From Sphagnum compactum (Eukaryota): 64,000 nt of DNA. The DNA lies in the NCBI GenBank assembly GCA_965153455.1, contig OZ234493.1, forward strand, positions 7,244,213 to 7,308,212, given 5' to 3'. Positions 14,201 through 27,400 of the stretch are shown piece after piece (position 1 is the stretch's first letter; each line of letters begins with the position of its first letter). A program made the translations under genes and the position numbers. A model generated the notes under the pieces. The model did not search any database. It was not told the DNA's origin and saw nothing but the letters and a program-made list of their open reading frames with translations.

Positions 14201-17200
14201 CCAACATAGGTTTTGAAGTAAATTAAGTGAAATACCTAGTAAATAACAGGACACTACTAGAATTCCATGAACCATGGTAGCTTCCAAAAGAGATACTTAA
14301 GGCTCAAAACATATGAGTTGATATACTGAAGAATATCACTTGAACATAGTGTTCTTGATCCACCACCTGTTAAGCTGTTTTACGACCATTATAGATGGTA
14401 GAGCAGCACAATGGTTAACTAAACATGAAACTACCTAAATAATGAAATGCCTTCGATGAAGAGGTTGCAAAGGGTTAGAAAAGGAAGGGTCAGAGAAGAG
14501 CTGAAAAAGGTGTCCAGATGAAAACCAAAGCAGGAAGCCTTAACTCAGACCTGGGTTTAAGAGATAGAGGATCAAAGGTAACAGCAGAACCCATTATTGA
14601 AGGGAAAAAAACTAGAAGATGGAGGAGAGCTTCATGATCATGGAGAACCAAAAATCATACGGACTGGAGAACCTTAAAGGGCTGCCGTAACCAGGAGCCC
14701 ACAAAGCAGTTGCATGGCAAGAGAGATGAATGAGTTACCTGATCCTCAAGGGTGTCACGGGGAGTGTGTAGGCTGCGGGGGTTGGGAGAAATTTGTCTCT
14801 CCAGTCCAGGGTTGAAGTCACCATCACCAGTGACATCTTCAGCTCCACAAGCTTCCCCTGACACATCACTAAATTGACGATCTGGAGCCACAGTTCGTGC
14901 CATCTTGATCTCCCTTCTGCCACTTGTCAAGCATTAATGCCACATGAATCAAGCTTTCACAGTCACTCTCCCAGCACAACTGATATAAATCAAATCATCC
15001 AAAACATCTCTATGAGATTTCAGAGAAAACTACACCTTGAAGGTAACCATTGTGTAAGATGTGGCCAAAACAAAATAAACACAACAAGAATGTGTATTGT
15101 CATAACAAAGTAACAGACTGTCATCTTCATCACGAATAGCAGAGACTAGCTGCCATCAGTACCCACTGACATCACCAGCTCCCAACAGTGGGTGTAGACA
15201 AGTGTACAATATTTGGTTCAAATCATCCAACACATATTCATTCCCCTCTTCAACAATAGACAAAAGATTCCCAGTTAGCTGGTTACAATCAGCATCTTCT
15301 CTCTATTTCATATCTATTTGATACCCAATATTGGTAACAGACCCCCCCTTGAGGCTTCTTCAAACAACACAGCTCATGGTCCATACCTTTTCCCTGGAGG
15401 TGATCTTCGAGGAGAGAGAGACCTGCTAGGCCTAGGTCTGATTGGAGGTGTCCTGGTACGGCTACGCCCTCCTACACTCAAGTCACAAGGGGTTTAGCAA
15501 CAAAAAAAAACATTGCCAATTCCAGATACAAGCCAATAATATTGCTCATCTTTGGAGAAACAAACACAGCAAGAAGAGGTAGCAAGGCTAGAGGAGCTTT
15601 ACTTGCCCAGTTACCTCTGTCTTGAGGTGATAACATGCGATCGTAATGAGTAGGTCGTCCTCTGATGGGAGAACGCCGACGCAAGGGAGGTGAACGTCGT
15701 CGTTCTAGCCTGTCCCTCAGATCACCATTATGATATCCTGAATCAAGTCGACCTGGACATTTGAAGGCATAGGAAATGCCAGAAGCCCATCAAAAAGTAT
15801 CGAATCATCTGTCCCATGTTTAAAACTCACTAATACTTCTTTCCAAGTTTCAAGCCAATGAATCAGCCTGCAATAGCTTACCACCTCTGGAAAATATAGC
15901 CTGAAGAGACAGTCACTTTATTTTCCCATCTTTCCATTTAAATGCCTACAGTATTGCTGGACAGGTATTGCGCACTGGTTTTTAGCGTTTGAGCACTTAT
16001 CAGTGCTGTCATGACCATGAAGTAGCAATATAGACATCCTTCTCAGAGATAGGAGACCATACTACTGAGTGTTTTTTGGCGCAAAAACTTTTGCATCTGC
16101 TCTGTAATAAGCAGTGCCCTGCAACATCATGGAGAAAGCAAATGCTCCTTGCACCTCTTTCCGTTCCACAAATAACAAGTAGTACATCAGTCCCCTAGTT
16201 CATAGAGAAGGAATAAGAGCTGTGGGCGTTGTACCCAAATGCTTCAGCAATTTGTCTTCAAACGTTAAACATCAAAGCTTCCCAAGACCAGAGATATATA
16301 TACAAATACAAACCCAATTGTCAAGCGATCTTAAAACAGCACCATATTGATCTGCTGCCATAAAATAATCCCAAGGCATAATTTCCATTGCCACAAGACT
16401 CTCCCTTCACTGTAGATCCATCCTCACCTCTTCAGTGGGACTGAGGACCACCGCAAAGCTGTTTATTTTCTAACATAATAGATTCGACCGAAATCGATCT
16501 TCCTTATGAGGCTGCTCTGAACCCCTGGAAATCTTCTTATATACAGATTATGACAAAGCTTGACCTCTATGGTGCCTTAAAAGCTTGTTTCAAGTCTGGA
16601 AACACCAGTGTGATATAGAGATTATATATGTGTGGATAAAAGCATTTGGGCTGTATGTTAGCTCTAAGACAACGCACAAGAAGGCATTACTGGTCAAACA
16701 AATAGAATATACCAGGCAATTAGGTATACCATAGATTCATGTCATTGCTGAATATAATAATGTCAGACGATGCAGAATCCATAAAGGCTGGAAGTGGGAA
16801 TATAGCAATTCCAGACAGGGTTCTTGAATACAGAGCAACAACCCAGAGTCACCCACTCAACATTCTTGGTTTTTTCCCTTTCATATTGAGACGTAACTCA
16901 AGATGTAAATTTTGCTGAAAAAAAACGATTTTACCAGGTTCAAGGCTTGCTTGATAAACCAGGCTCGACAAAACTAGGTATAAGCCACTGTCTTTTAGAC
17001 AGAGAAAATGGAGACAGGAAATTTTTGGCTTCTGCAGAGTGGGCAGGCGCATACCATTGAAGGGAGACCTGCTACCACCACCCATTGGATTTGAGAACCT
17101 CCGAAGCTCAAAATCACCGTGTGCGAATGAGCAGCTTTGGCGTGGACAGTTGCCACGCTGGAACAAATTGCAGAGCTTTGTCTTGTACAAGTCATGTGAA

Positions 17201-17205
17201 GCCAT
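11245..17205 (-). CDS. CCCH zinc-finger protein (N-terminal C3H finger, Arg/Ser/Pro-rich region, coiled coil), with in-frame TGA in exon 9
   Basis: Exons 17205-17055, 15752-15615, 15471-15387, 14922-14739, 14192-14136, 13849-13752, 13235-13164, 12916-12669, 12588-12473, 12190-11819, 11551-11434, 11324-11245; all GT-AG and phase-consistent. Starts MASHDLYKTKLCNLFQRGNCPRQSCSFAHG (YKTKLC lead-in plus CCCH). RRRSPPLRRRSP and RSLSPRRSPP follow, then coiled coil LQQVQAHNNELVDQKSKLELSLDKKIRE. A TGA at 12554-12556 ends the frame at 355 aa; the last three exons are less certain. Confidence 0.8.
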
Positions 17206-17260
17206 TGTTTCTTCTTTTTCTCTCACAGAACCCACCACCAACCAACCTCAGAAGAGAATA

Positions 17261-17285
17261 TTGTTGTTGTTGTTGTTGTTGTTGT
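17261..17285. repeat. (CAA)n microsatellite in the 5' UTR of the CCCH gene
   Basis: ttgttgttgttgttgttgttgttg on the plus strand, about 55 nt upstream of the ATG at 17205. Confidence 0.8.
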
Positions 17286-20200
17286 AGTCTCTGTCCAACA
17301 AAGCCTTCTTCTGAATCGAAGAACAACCAAAGTACTTCTGCTCCAAAGATTTTTCCTCTAAACCACAACTGGCCATAATAGCCAAGCCATAGCACTCCCA
17401 ACAAGAATTCACAGAATGATGGTCCTTTCCAGCATCATCTGTGATTACATACCCAATGACTCGAGCAGCAGCAATACTTTCAATCCACAGAATATACAAC
17501 CCTCGGATTTCTCGTCTCAAGTGAACCTTGGATTTGATTATAACAGGAGACCATGTGTCAATCCAATTGAAGCTGCACGAGATTGCACACTAGTGCAGAA
17601 GGATTATCATAAAGAGCTTCACAAGGTTATGAACCTGTTCCTGGATCTGTCTGTGTTTTGCTTTTGTGGCAAGAAACTCATTCACAGAGTTCTAAGAGAC
17701 TGTTTTTGAGAGTCCAGACATGCCTGCCAAAGAGAAGCACTGATGTCAGTTGCTTGCGGCATGGGGGGAGGAATATGGAGCAGGAAAGAGAGAGAGAGAG
17801 AGAGAGAGATGCCTACACTCCCAGTCTAGTCTGTAAGAGAAGGTACACATCTTCAGTACTTCTCCTGTGTTGTTATACTTGGACATCTTGTGCTTTCCAT
17901 GGATGGCAGCAGCTCAAAACTTACTTACTACACTGGTACAAGTACCTTCTCTACTGCTGATGCTGCTGCTGCCACCAGGAGTTCTATCATGATGATGATA
18001 GATTCTTCAAGCAAACATTGTTGGACAAAGATGGAGATCGACTGAACCAAAGAGTGCAGAACATACCTGAGGACACAATACCGTCGATAAGCTCGGCACC
18101 TACGAGATGTTCATTGCTGAAGCTCGGTACCGCTGATATCTTCTTCTTCAGAATATGGCAGGATAGAAGCGTTGAAGAGGAGGAAAGAAACCAGCAAAAT
18201 AATATTATTACATGAGATTCTTACGAGCACCGAAGTCTGCCGCGAGGGGGAAGGAAATCCGTAATGGCGAATGCTCAACTACAACTGTCTTCCTTTCCTT
18301 TACGATCAAGTGGAAGTACGCAACAGCAACGGCGCCATATATAATAAGCAATCCAGTAACGAACGAGAGGCCGCGTGCAGAGCGCCTATAAGCAATGTTC
18401 TCAAAAACTATACAGCTGCAGCAACACCAGCAGCTCCTCAAACACAGCGTTGCAGCAAAACCACGACAATCTACTCACATGTAAGTGAGTAGGAAGATGT
18501 ACAAACCAATCGGCAACTCTAGGAAAAGGAAGCCTTCACACCAAATTTCACGCACGCGCTGCTGCTGATCTCCGAGAACCATAAACCTGAAGACGAGATA
18601 TCGGAGAAAACTCGGACAATAGTCACCAAAACTACCAAAAATACAGACACAGAGAAAGAGAAAAGAAACAGACAACCGCACCGAGAGAGACAGAGAGACA
18701 GGGACAGAGAGAGAAATTTGCAGTGAAAAGGTGAAGATAAAAGAAGCAAGCGACCAGAGAGGAGACCCAGAACTCAAAACGATTTTTTAAAAAAAATTCT
18801 ACGCGAAAGAAAAAAAAAGTTACAAGTTCGGGAGAAAAGGTACAAGTTCAGAGAGAGAACAGAGAAAAAAGGAAAGGCCCCAAAAAAAAAAGAACACGGG
18901 AGCTGCTGAGCTTTGCACGGGAGCGGTGGCGATGGCGGACAAGACGACTGCTAAGGACAGCATCGCTCGCTGGGAAGAAGACGAAGAAGACAAGGTAAAA
19001 CGAAGATCTTCACTTTTACTGCGACACTTCACTTTAACCATCGGGTAAGAAACAAGAGACATTCTTCAGATTCCTCTCTTGTCTTTTTTACCCCGTATTT
19101 TACCCCTAAGGCTCAAAATGATGTTGCCGAATATAGGCCTTGTATATATGTGGCGTTTTATATTTTAAAAAAAGGCCCCTCTTATTACATGAATACAAAT
19201 TATGGCTTTTTAAATAAAGGCTATTATTAGCCTGTTATTCTGCCACGTACCTATTTGAATATATATTCAAATGCAAACACATTTTAAATTTATTTTAAAA
19301 ATTATTTGAACTTGGGCAATAAATTCCAACAGAATGTTTTAATTTTAATTTAATATCATGATAATATTTAGTTTCATAAATGAAAATTTTATTATGGCTT
19401 TTTTTAAAATAAAGGCTATTTAAGCCTATTATTCTGCCACGTATATGAATTTTATTTATTTGCAAAGTTTTTTTATATTTATTTTTTAAACTGTTCCCAA
19501 TGATGCTCCTATAATGGTGTTCCCAAAATTGTTCCCAATAACACCACAATTTTCTTACCCCATATCCTTTGCCCAACATTTTTTTATTTTTTTTAATTGA
19601 GGGTGTCCATAATGTTGAGTGGGTTCTTTTGGTGATGGGCCAATCAAAAATGGCCCATTCCATCCGAAAGGGGCCCCCAAAAAACCACTTTTGGACACTT
19701 TGGACCTTAAGCCTACAAGAGAGGCCTCTTACACCTACTTAGTATGTGTAAAAGGCCCTTACGAGACGCCTTTCTCGTACGTACATACATACATACGTGT
19801 GCGCAAGAGGCCTTGTGCGAGTGAAGAAGGCCTCTTGAGTAGGGTAATGCCCAAGTGAAACAAATGCCTGACTTTTCGAAGTGCCCATTTGCTTCCGATG
19901 ACTCCTTACCGGGTGTAAGGCGCCCCGTCGTTTGCGTGGCCGAAACATGTGATATTATGTTTTACGCTTGTTAGAGGGTTCCCGAACAACAAAGGAAAAA
20001 AAAAAAATCTTCGTCAAAGTTTCACGGCCTATTGCCTCGTGGTCTATGCATCTTTATGCTTTTATAAAGCCCGTAAAACCGCCGTGCATGGGCTACATTT
20101 ACAAAATGTGGGGCTGGACTTGACTATTATCTCGTCTTACGCCCGCTTATTTTCAGAATGCGCACGACCTAATGCAACCCCCCCCCCCCACCCCTTCTCA

Positions 20201-20975
20201 TCCCCGGGTGCCTGATCGCGTAAGCGAAAGGCATTTTAACACGGAGGTATAATAATTCCGATATCTCACCACCAATGGTGCGAAGATAAATTCCACACAA
20301 ATGTTCAAGAGAAACACTTTTTTTCTTTTTCTTTTTCCGTCAAATTTTTCAAGATTTTACCAAATAAAATAAAATTTAAAAAAATCGATTAAATTATCAT
20401 TTTTAGAGAGTTATATTCTCGTGTTGTTGTGCGTAAGGAAGGGTAAGCGCATCATGCATGCGGGACTACTACAATCGTAAAGTCACGTCCCAAGTAAGGG
20501 AAAGCTATTCCATTCCGCCCATCGAAATAATAAATTCTCTACTTGGCGACATAACTTTAGAATATAGTCCCATATGGGGTTTTGAAATTTTTTTCATTTC
20601 CACAACAAATCTAGCATTCCTGAAGATTTCAATATATTTATTTTTTCCTTCTACAAAATCTTGTTCTTCGCGGAGTTCATTTTGTGTGTGTGAAAATTTC
20701 AACATTTCTGAAAATAATATAATCTAATTAGTGTCAATTAGGTAGCCCCTTACTATGGTACCTATTATTATTATTATTATTATTACCTTGAAGCAACAAG
20801 GGGGCAAGGAGGAGTTAGTAGCCCCACTTAAGGTACCATTCCTTATTATTTGTGCATTTTAATGCCTTAAGGAAGGTTGAAGGTGTACATAAGTTAGCTA
20901 TAGACACAACAAATTATTTGTCTTGTGCTACTATGAGAACATTTTCTACCTCGACCCCCATCCATTCTCTTAAAC

Positions 20976-21255
20976 GTTTATGCACACAATATGAATTAAA
21001 AAAACCAAAATAAAAAAAGTGTTGTTTTTTCTTTTCTTTTTTGAAATTAAAACAAAAAGTGGACTTCGTTTATGCACACAATATGAATTTTAAAAACCAA
21101 AATAAAAAAGTGTTTTTTTTCTTTTCTTTTTTTTAAATTAAAACAAAAAGTGGACTTCGTTTATGCACACAATATGAATTTTAAAAACCAAAATAAAAAA
21201 AGTGTTGTTTTTTCTTTTCTTTTTTAAAATTAAAACAAAAAAAGTGGACTTCGTT
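20976..21255. repeat. Tandem repeat, about 92-bp unit x3
   Basis: gtttatgcacacaatatgaatt..aaaaaccaaaataaaaaa..gtgtt..ttttcttttcttttt..aaattaaaacaaaaagtggacttc occurs three times and differs mainly in homopolymer lengths. Confidence 0.9.
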
Positions 21256-21499
21256 TCTTTTAACTTTAGTATAAAAAAAAAGTTGGTTTTTTCTTCATAT
21301 TATGAAGGTCCCTCATTTTATTTTATTCTCAAGGGAAACGTCTTTAAATTGCATGTATGCACAACTCATGTATATAGTGGGACTCACAATTTATCTAATC
21401 ATAAGCGTCTTTCCTTTGCATCTATGCACAACTCATCGTCTATGGTAGGACTCACAATTTTAACTTGCCCATCATTATTAACGCACCTCATTTAAATGA

Positions 21500-24400
21500 G
21501 TTTCCCATGCATTTGGTTACGAACATCATCACTCTTCTTGCGAATATCATGTCAACAAATTATTTCATGTATCAAACCACCTATCCACCAGGCATTCCAT
21601 GCATGTTTTAAGGTCATGCATCGCATGTTTATCATGTCATGGTTACAAAGATGTTTAAGGACTTGTGCTTTTTAGTTTATAGTGGCCAAACATGGTAAGG
21701 TGGTTTAGCTAAAGATTTAAAGTTATCCAAGCCAAGGTTCGAGCGCAAGCTCACTTGTTGAATAGCTTGAAAGCTCAAGCAAAAGGCTTCTCATGAGAAA
21801 CATGCAACAGAATAAGTAACAATTGAATGATTAAATACTTAGCACACATGTACATTGCAAACTTTAGCACAAGTTTAAATTGCTATTCTAAAGCTCGATC
21901 GAACAGAAGCTCGGTGGCAAATTAGTTGCATTAACACAAGTGACAATATCAACACACAAGTATTTTGAAGGTGTGCAAAACTTGTCTAACTTGAATAATT
22001 GTCATTCGTTTGTGGTTGTTGATTAAGAAGAGGGACCAAATCTATTGTCTCTCTTTCTTTGTTTACCAAGTTTTATGATTACAAACGAATGATTAATTTT
22101 AAGTGAATTTGTTTGTCACATGTTTTTAAACAAAGATTATGTATTCACTTAATCGAATGACAATTATTCACGTTAATTTAATCATAATCATAAAACATAA
22201 ATTAAACTTAAAAGTGACATAAATTTATTCAAACTTGTTTATCTAAATTGACTTTGTTGACATTTCACCCTTTTCAAAAGAGAACAATGTGCCAAACAAG
22301 ATTTATTTATTTAAATGGGCAACTAGGATCGAGGAGACAATTTAGTGACAAGACTTTGTCTATTGGGTTATTTCTTTAATTTTATTGAACATTGTTGAAC
22401 AATATGACCAAGTTGTTTTTTTTGCTTCATCAACTTTGAGAAGCAAAAGGTATTTACATTGGTGGTGTGATACAATTGTAAGCACCAAATTTAGGAAAGG
22501 ATTGGGGACCATGTCATGAAAAGTGTTCACGCTCCAAATAATTGTTTAATACACAAAAAGTTCTAGGCCACCAAGGAAACAAATGTACACATGAACAATA
22601 GTTCTTTATTCCCATTATGGGTTTTCTAATCTTTTTTGGCACTAAGTAAATACCTTCATCATCCCTAAAGAAATTGTAATTACAACGTACTAGTCAAAAT
22701 AATAAGTTGCCTTTTTCTAAAATTATTAAACTGGGCATCCAAGGATAATTTTGTTTCCCATATTGAATCCATGAATGTGAATTAAACTTGTGAATTAATC
22801 GAGTAGGAGTATATCTACAAAAGTATGTATGATGTTTAATACATCAATTGGAAAGCAAACTCATTTTGTACAAGGATAAATGGCATGTGATGAATATCAA
22901 AAGTTCAAATATGAACTTTGATTATGTTTCAAATGTTAACATAATTCTCAAAAGGTATAATGAAAACATTAACACAGCGACATGAAACTAAGGATAAACG
23001 TACATTGACTTGATTTTATAGGTGCATATAAAATATCAAAAGCATATTGCATTCAAGACAAAGATCTAATAGTGATCTATCACTAAGTCTTGTCTTAACT
23101 AAATTTTAATGTTTAGTCTTCACAAATCAAACATCAACTTTAACACAAAGGATGCCTTAATGTGTTGAATTTTTTTAATTCATTTGATTTCATATTATTG
23201 TAATGTTCTTGTGAACAATATGATTTCTAATTTTCATGGAATTGAATTGTCATTTCGCAAGATAAATGGTTTTTTTTATATAAATTATGTTGTAAGAGTA
23301 GTTGAATTTATTTATTTATTACAATTGAATAGTTGAACAATTGCAAATCTAAATTGATTTTGTTTTTTTTTCCCAATTTTCTAAAGTAGATGGGTTGGCA
23401 ACCATTCACAAGAAGTCTTAGCCAAATTTGGCTATAGGTCGGAAAAGTAACTAACAATTGTTCGGAAACATGTTATGTTATGGCAACAAGTTATGAACTA
23501 ATGCTTAAATATGGCAATTTGAAAACATTTTCCTTCCATTTGGTGAACTTTTTGGAATAGAAACAGAATCTTGCATCAAAAATTTATTTTTTTTATCACA
23601 TAGGTGCCGAATTTCACACCAAAAAAATTGGTTGCTCTAGATGTGTGGCTTCGATATGGAGGAGCACATCAATATCACCTTTTTGAAGTTGAATGGACTT
23701 TGGCAAAATTGTTCCAAAAATCATGAAATTACCAATGATTTAAAGAATGTCAAATAATTTTACATTGGGTTCATTATACTTTAAATTAGTTAATCAGTTA
23801 CAAGGTGGAGTTAAAAACCTATTTTAAAATATTTCGTATGGCATCAAATATAAATTGATGGATAGTATTATAAAATGATGGTCATTAATGGGAAAGTTGT
23901 GAATGTCATGCAGTTGTTGAACTTGCACACATTATGAACCTATGTCACTTATGTCAAAGGTTAGTTTTTCTAAATTAATTCTAAACTACTTTAAATTCAT
24001 GAATTTTTTTTGTTTTTTATTTACAAAATAAAATGTGATATCGAGTTCTTTTATAGGTTGGGTGTTTGAAAGTATACAAATGGAAATGTAGGTTTTAAGA
24101 AAAGCAACATGGCATGATAATGATAGTGAAGATGAAGTTGTATGCAATGGGATCACCATTGTTGTACCCATTTGAAGATGTAATTGTAACATGTAAACAA
24201 GCTTTGAAATGGTCAATCCTTGTATTTATTTGGTACCCTCCATGTTCTTAGGGTGTTATTTGACTATTCCATTGTAAATTAAATGAGTTTCAATATCTAC
24301 CTATTAATAAGTATGGTAATTTTTGACATTTTGTAAATATAGTTTATCCAGAGTGATAAATAAATGCCTTTTTTCATGAATTGAATAAATTTTGTAAGAT

Positions 24401-27400
24401 GTAAGGGACCTCCTTGTGAAAAATGAAAATGGATTACATACGTTACGAATAGTTTCCTTCCAAAATTTGGACAAAATCATAACATTGAAATGATTTGTTA
24501 AAACATTTGACCCTATTTATTTTTTGTTCAAAGTGTGAACGTGAATATTTACATTTTTTATTCATGAAAGTTTAGCAAAGTACATGATTTTTCTTACATG
24601 ACTAAGGACTTATAGCCTAAATAATTGTAACAATTAACAATCACAATATGATAATGACCTTATATTTTATTTTTTGTGTAATCAATGTCTTTTAAGCATT
24701 GATTTGAGTGTACAAGTAATAATTATTTGGAATGTATAACATAGCCAATGAAAATCATTTCATAATCCAATTTTTTTTGTTACAATCATGTTCAAAATTG
24801 TATTATCATTGACACAAATATGATATTAACAATCAGTATAGTTGACAAAATGAGTATTGAAAGACTTTGATTTTCATTTCATGTTGGTAACTACTATTAT
24901 TGAAATGCAAAATGAAGTGCAAATGAAAAATTTGTCCACCTTCAACTTGGTTTTAACAATTATTGGTAAATTCAAAGTATTGTGCAAGTTCAAGTCCAAG
25001 TTCTACATTAGGTTATGGGTATTCAAACTAAAAGTTTAGAATTTTGTTGAAATTGAATTTAGATCTAGACCATGAAATTGGTTCTTGTTGAAACTAAAAC
25101 CTATACTTGGATCAAGGTGCTTCCTTTTAAATTACGTCGAAGTTATTAACAAGTGTAACAATTAGGTATTTAGGTTGTACAAGGTTTTCATGAAGTGTAA
25201 CAACCAAACCCTAATGATAATTCAACTTTGGGCAAACATTATGGGATAAATTGTGGTGGTGTTGGGTGCATATTACATCAGCAAATAAAAGGATGAAATA
25301 TGTTGTGTCATCAAATTTTTATTTAATCCCAAGATAAAATTATAGTTATTTTGTAATTTTAATTTATTGAATTACCATTATTTCAATTCATTCACATTCA
25401 AGTAGTTGCCAATTCATGTTCCACCTTAAATAAACTTTGGTTCCCCCTCATCCATATAAAAAACCAACCCCAGCCCCTCCCTCAAAGGACAAAATAGCAA
25501 GCCTATTCATTGCTTACTACCTTGTTTCATTGGTTGTTAGTATTTCTTATTTTAAATATGTTCTTCCCCAATTTCTTCTTGCATTAATACTCCAATCCAT
25601 GAGTCTGGGTTTCTATTGAGGCAAGTTGTTAATTTTAGTTAGACATAATGTAGATGGAAGAAAACCTAGTTTTCAACTAGATCAAGTTATATTTTTTGGG
25701 GATATCTTTAAAACCAGAAGAATGAAAGTCCCAATAACATTTTTCAAAACCACAATAAAAGTTTTATCAAACTTCTAAAAGACTAAAAACTAAAATTGAA
25801 AGTTCCTTTCAAAATCAAAAACCAAACAAATTAGACAACATTGATTCTAGCTTGCATGTGTTGCATTATGTCCCATATAATGAAGAATTTAAAACCTTTT
25901 TGAAAAAATTGGGTGCTTGAACTTTAAGGTATATTGAAAAGATGGTTAACCATCACTTGTGAAATATAACCACTTAGTCCCTCCTAATGTATTGGCTTGG
26001 TTTAAGGAATATATGGTAAACACACCCATCATTGAATATAACCTAGTAATTGAACATTTATCCATATTTTTCTAATTCTTGTCTTTTGTTAACAATTTTC
26101 ATGGCTATGGGTGTGTCAAGTGGAGGTCAAAAATATCTCTTGGAACTTTAGAAGCAATTGAATAAAAAAGAAGCATGAAAAACATGAACATGTTTAGAAG
26201 AAAAAAAACTAGGTGAAAAATGCATTAGAAACCCACCTCACTCCACCCCCCACCCCAAACTCTCAAACCCCAAATATTTTTCATTTTTTGTCCATTTTGG
26301 GCAATTTATAAAATGTGGGTGTGCCAACTTGACCTTTACAATACCTGTTATGTTATGTCCATGGATCTTAAACTCCAAATGCTTACCCTACCAAATTGAA
26401 CACCTTATTGTTCCACATCAAATATTACTTCCAAACCCCATTATTATATTCATTATTCATTATTTATTGTCCATTTTGAATGATTATGGATGCACCAAAT
26501 GAAGGTTCACAATACCACTTTGCACTCCAAAAGCAATGAATTATGTCCAAGGATTTAAGCTCTTTAAAAGCTTAAGTGTTCACACATCAACTTGCATACC
26601 TTAACAATATTTAATTTCAAAAATTGATCACATTACGTGTGTCATTTTTATTGGTAATGGTGACATAGCAATGCAAGCAATGGATTTGAAGGTTCTTGAA
26701 ATTTCAAATTAAGTTGTGTCATGGTTCATTACTAAAGATATGAATCACCCCAAAGTTGTATAATTAATTGTACAAACAAATTGTAACATGTTGTGTTGTG
26801 TAATTGTTGGGTGACAAAATTTGCAATACAATTTTTGTGGGCTTAATGGCCCAAGAAAAGGTTTTTCAAAACATAGGTATAAAAGTTGCAAAGATTATGC
26901 TTAAAACTTGGTGTCAAAGAAACCAAATCATTGTTTAATTAATCTAGCATGTGAACAACTCAACTTTCAAACTTCAAACACAATTTATTAAAGGGTGAAG
27001 GTCTTATTAACTCCAAAAAATAAAGGAATTACAATGCTATAAGTTCAAGTAATAGTATTTGGGAAAAAGCCCTTCCCGAATCAAACACTTACATGATATA
27101 TATGTTAAAACAAGTTTTAAATGACCAATACTTTAAGTTTAATATCATTCAAGTAACATGAAACACAAAGCTGGTAAAATGAATTTATTTATTTACCCGA
27201 AGGCAGCAAATGAAAATCAATGTTGGTTGATATGTGTTTTCATCACAAAGTTTAGAAGAAGATGAAGATTATTTAGTGTTGACCTTGCATCTTATAAACA
27301 TTGTAACAAGAGGTTTAAGATTGATTGAAGATTGTACTATTACAATATGAAACATGAATATTGTGAAATGAAACAATATAGTTTACAATATGACCATTAA

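Noticed and set aside
20208-20230. Hammerhead ribozyme (CTGA...GAAA)
   Set aside because: The sequence is CUGAUCG rather than CUGANGA, so G8/A9 are missing, and no stem I/III or NUH site is evident.
24196-24228. Pif1/Helitron helicase motif remnant (IQGLTISK)
   Set aside because: A single short motif preceded by a stop; other helicase or Rep motifs could not be confirmed in order, so no element was called.
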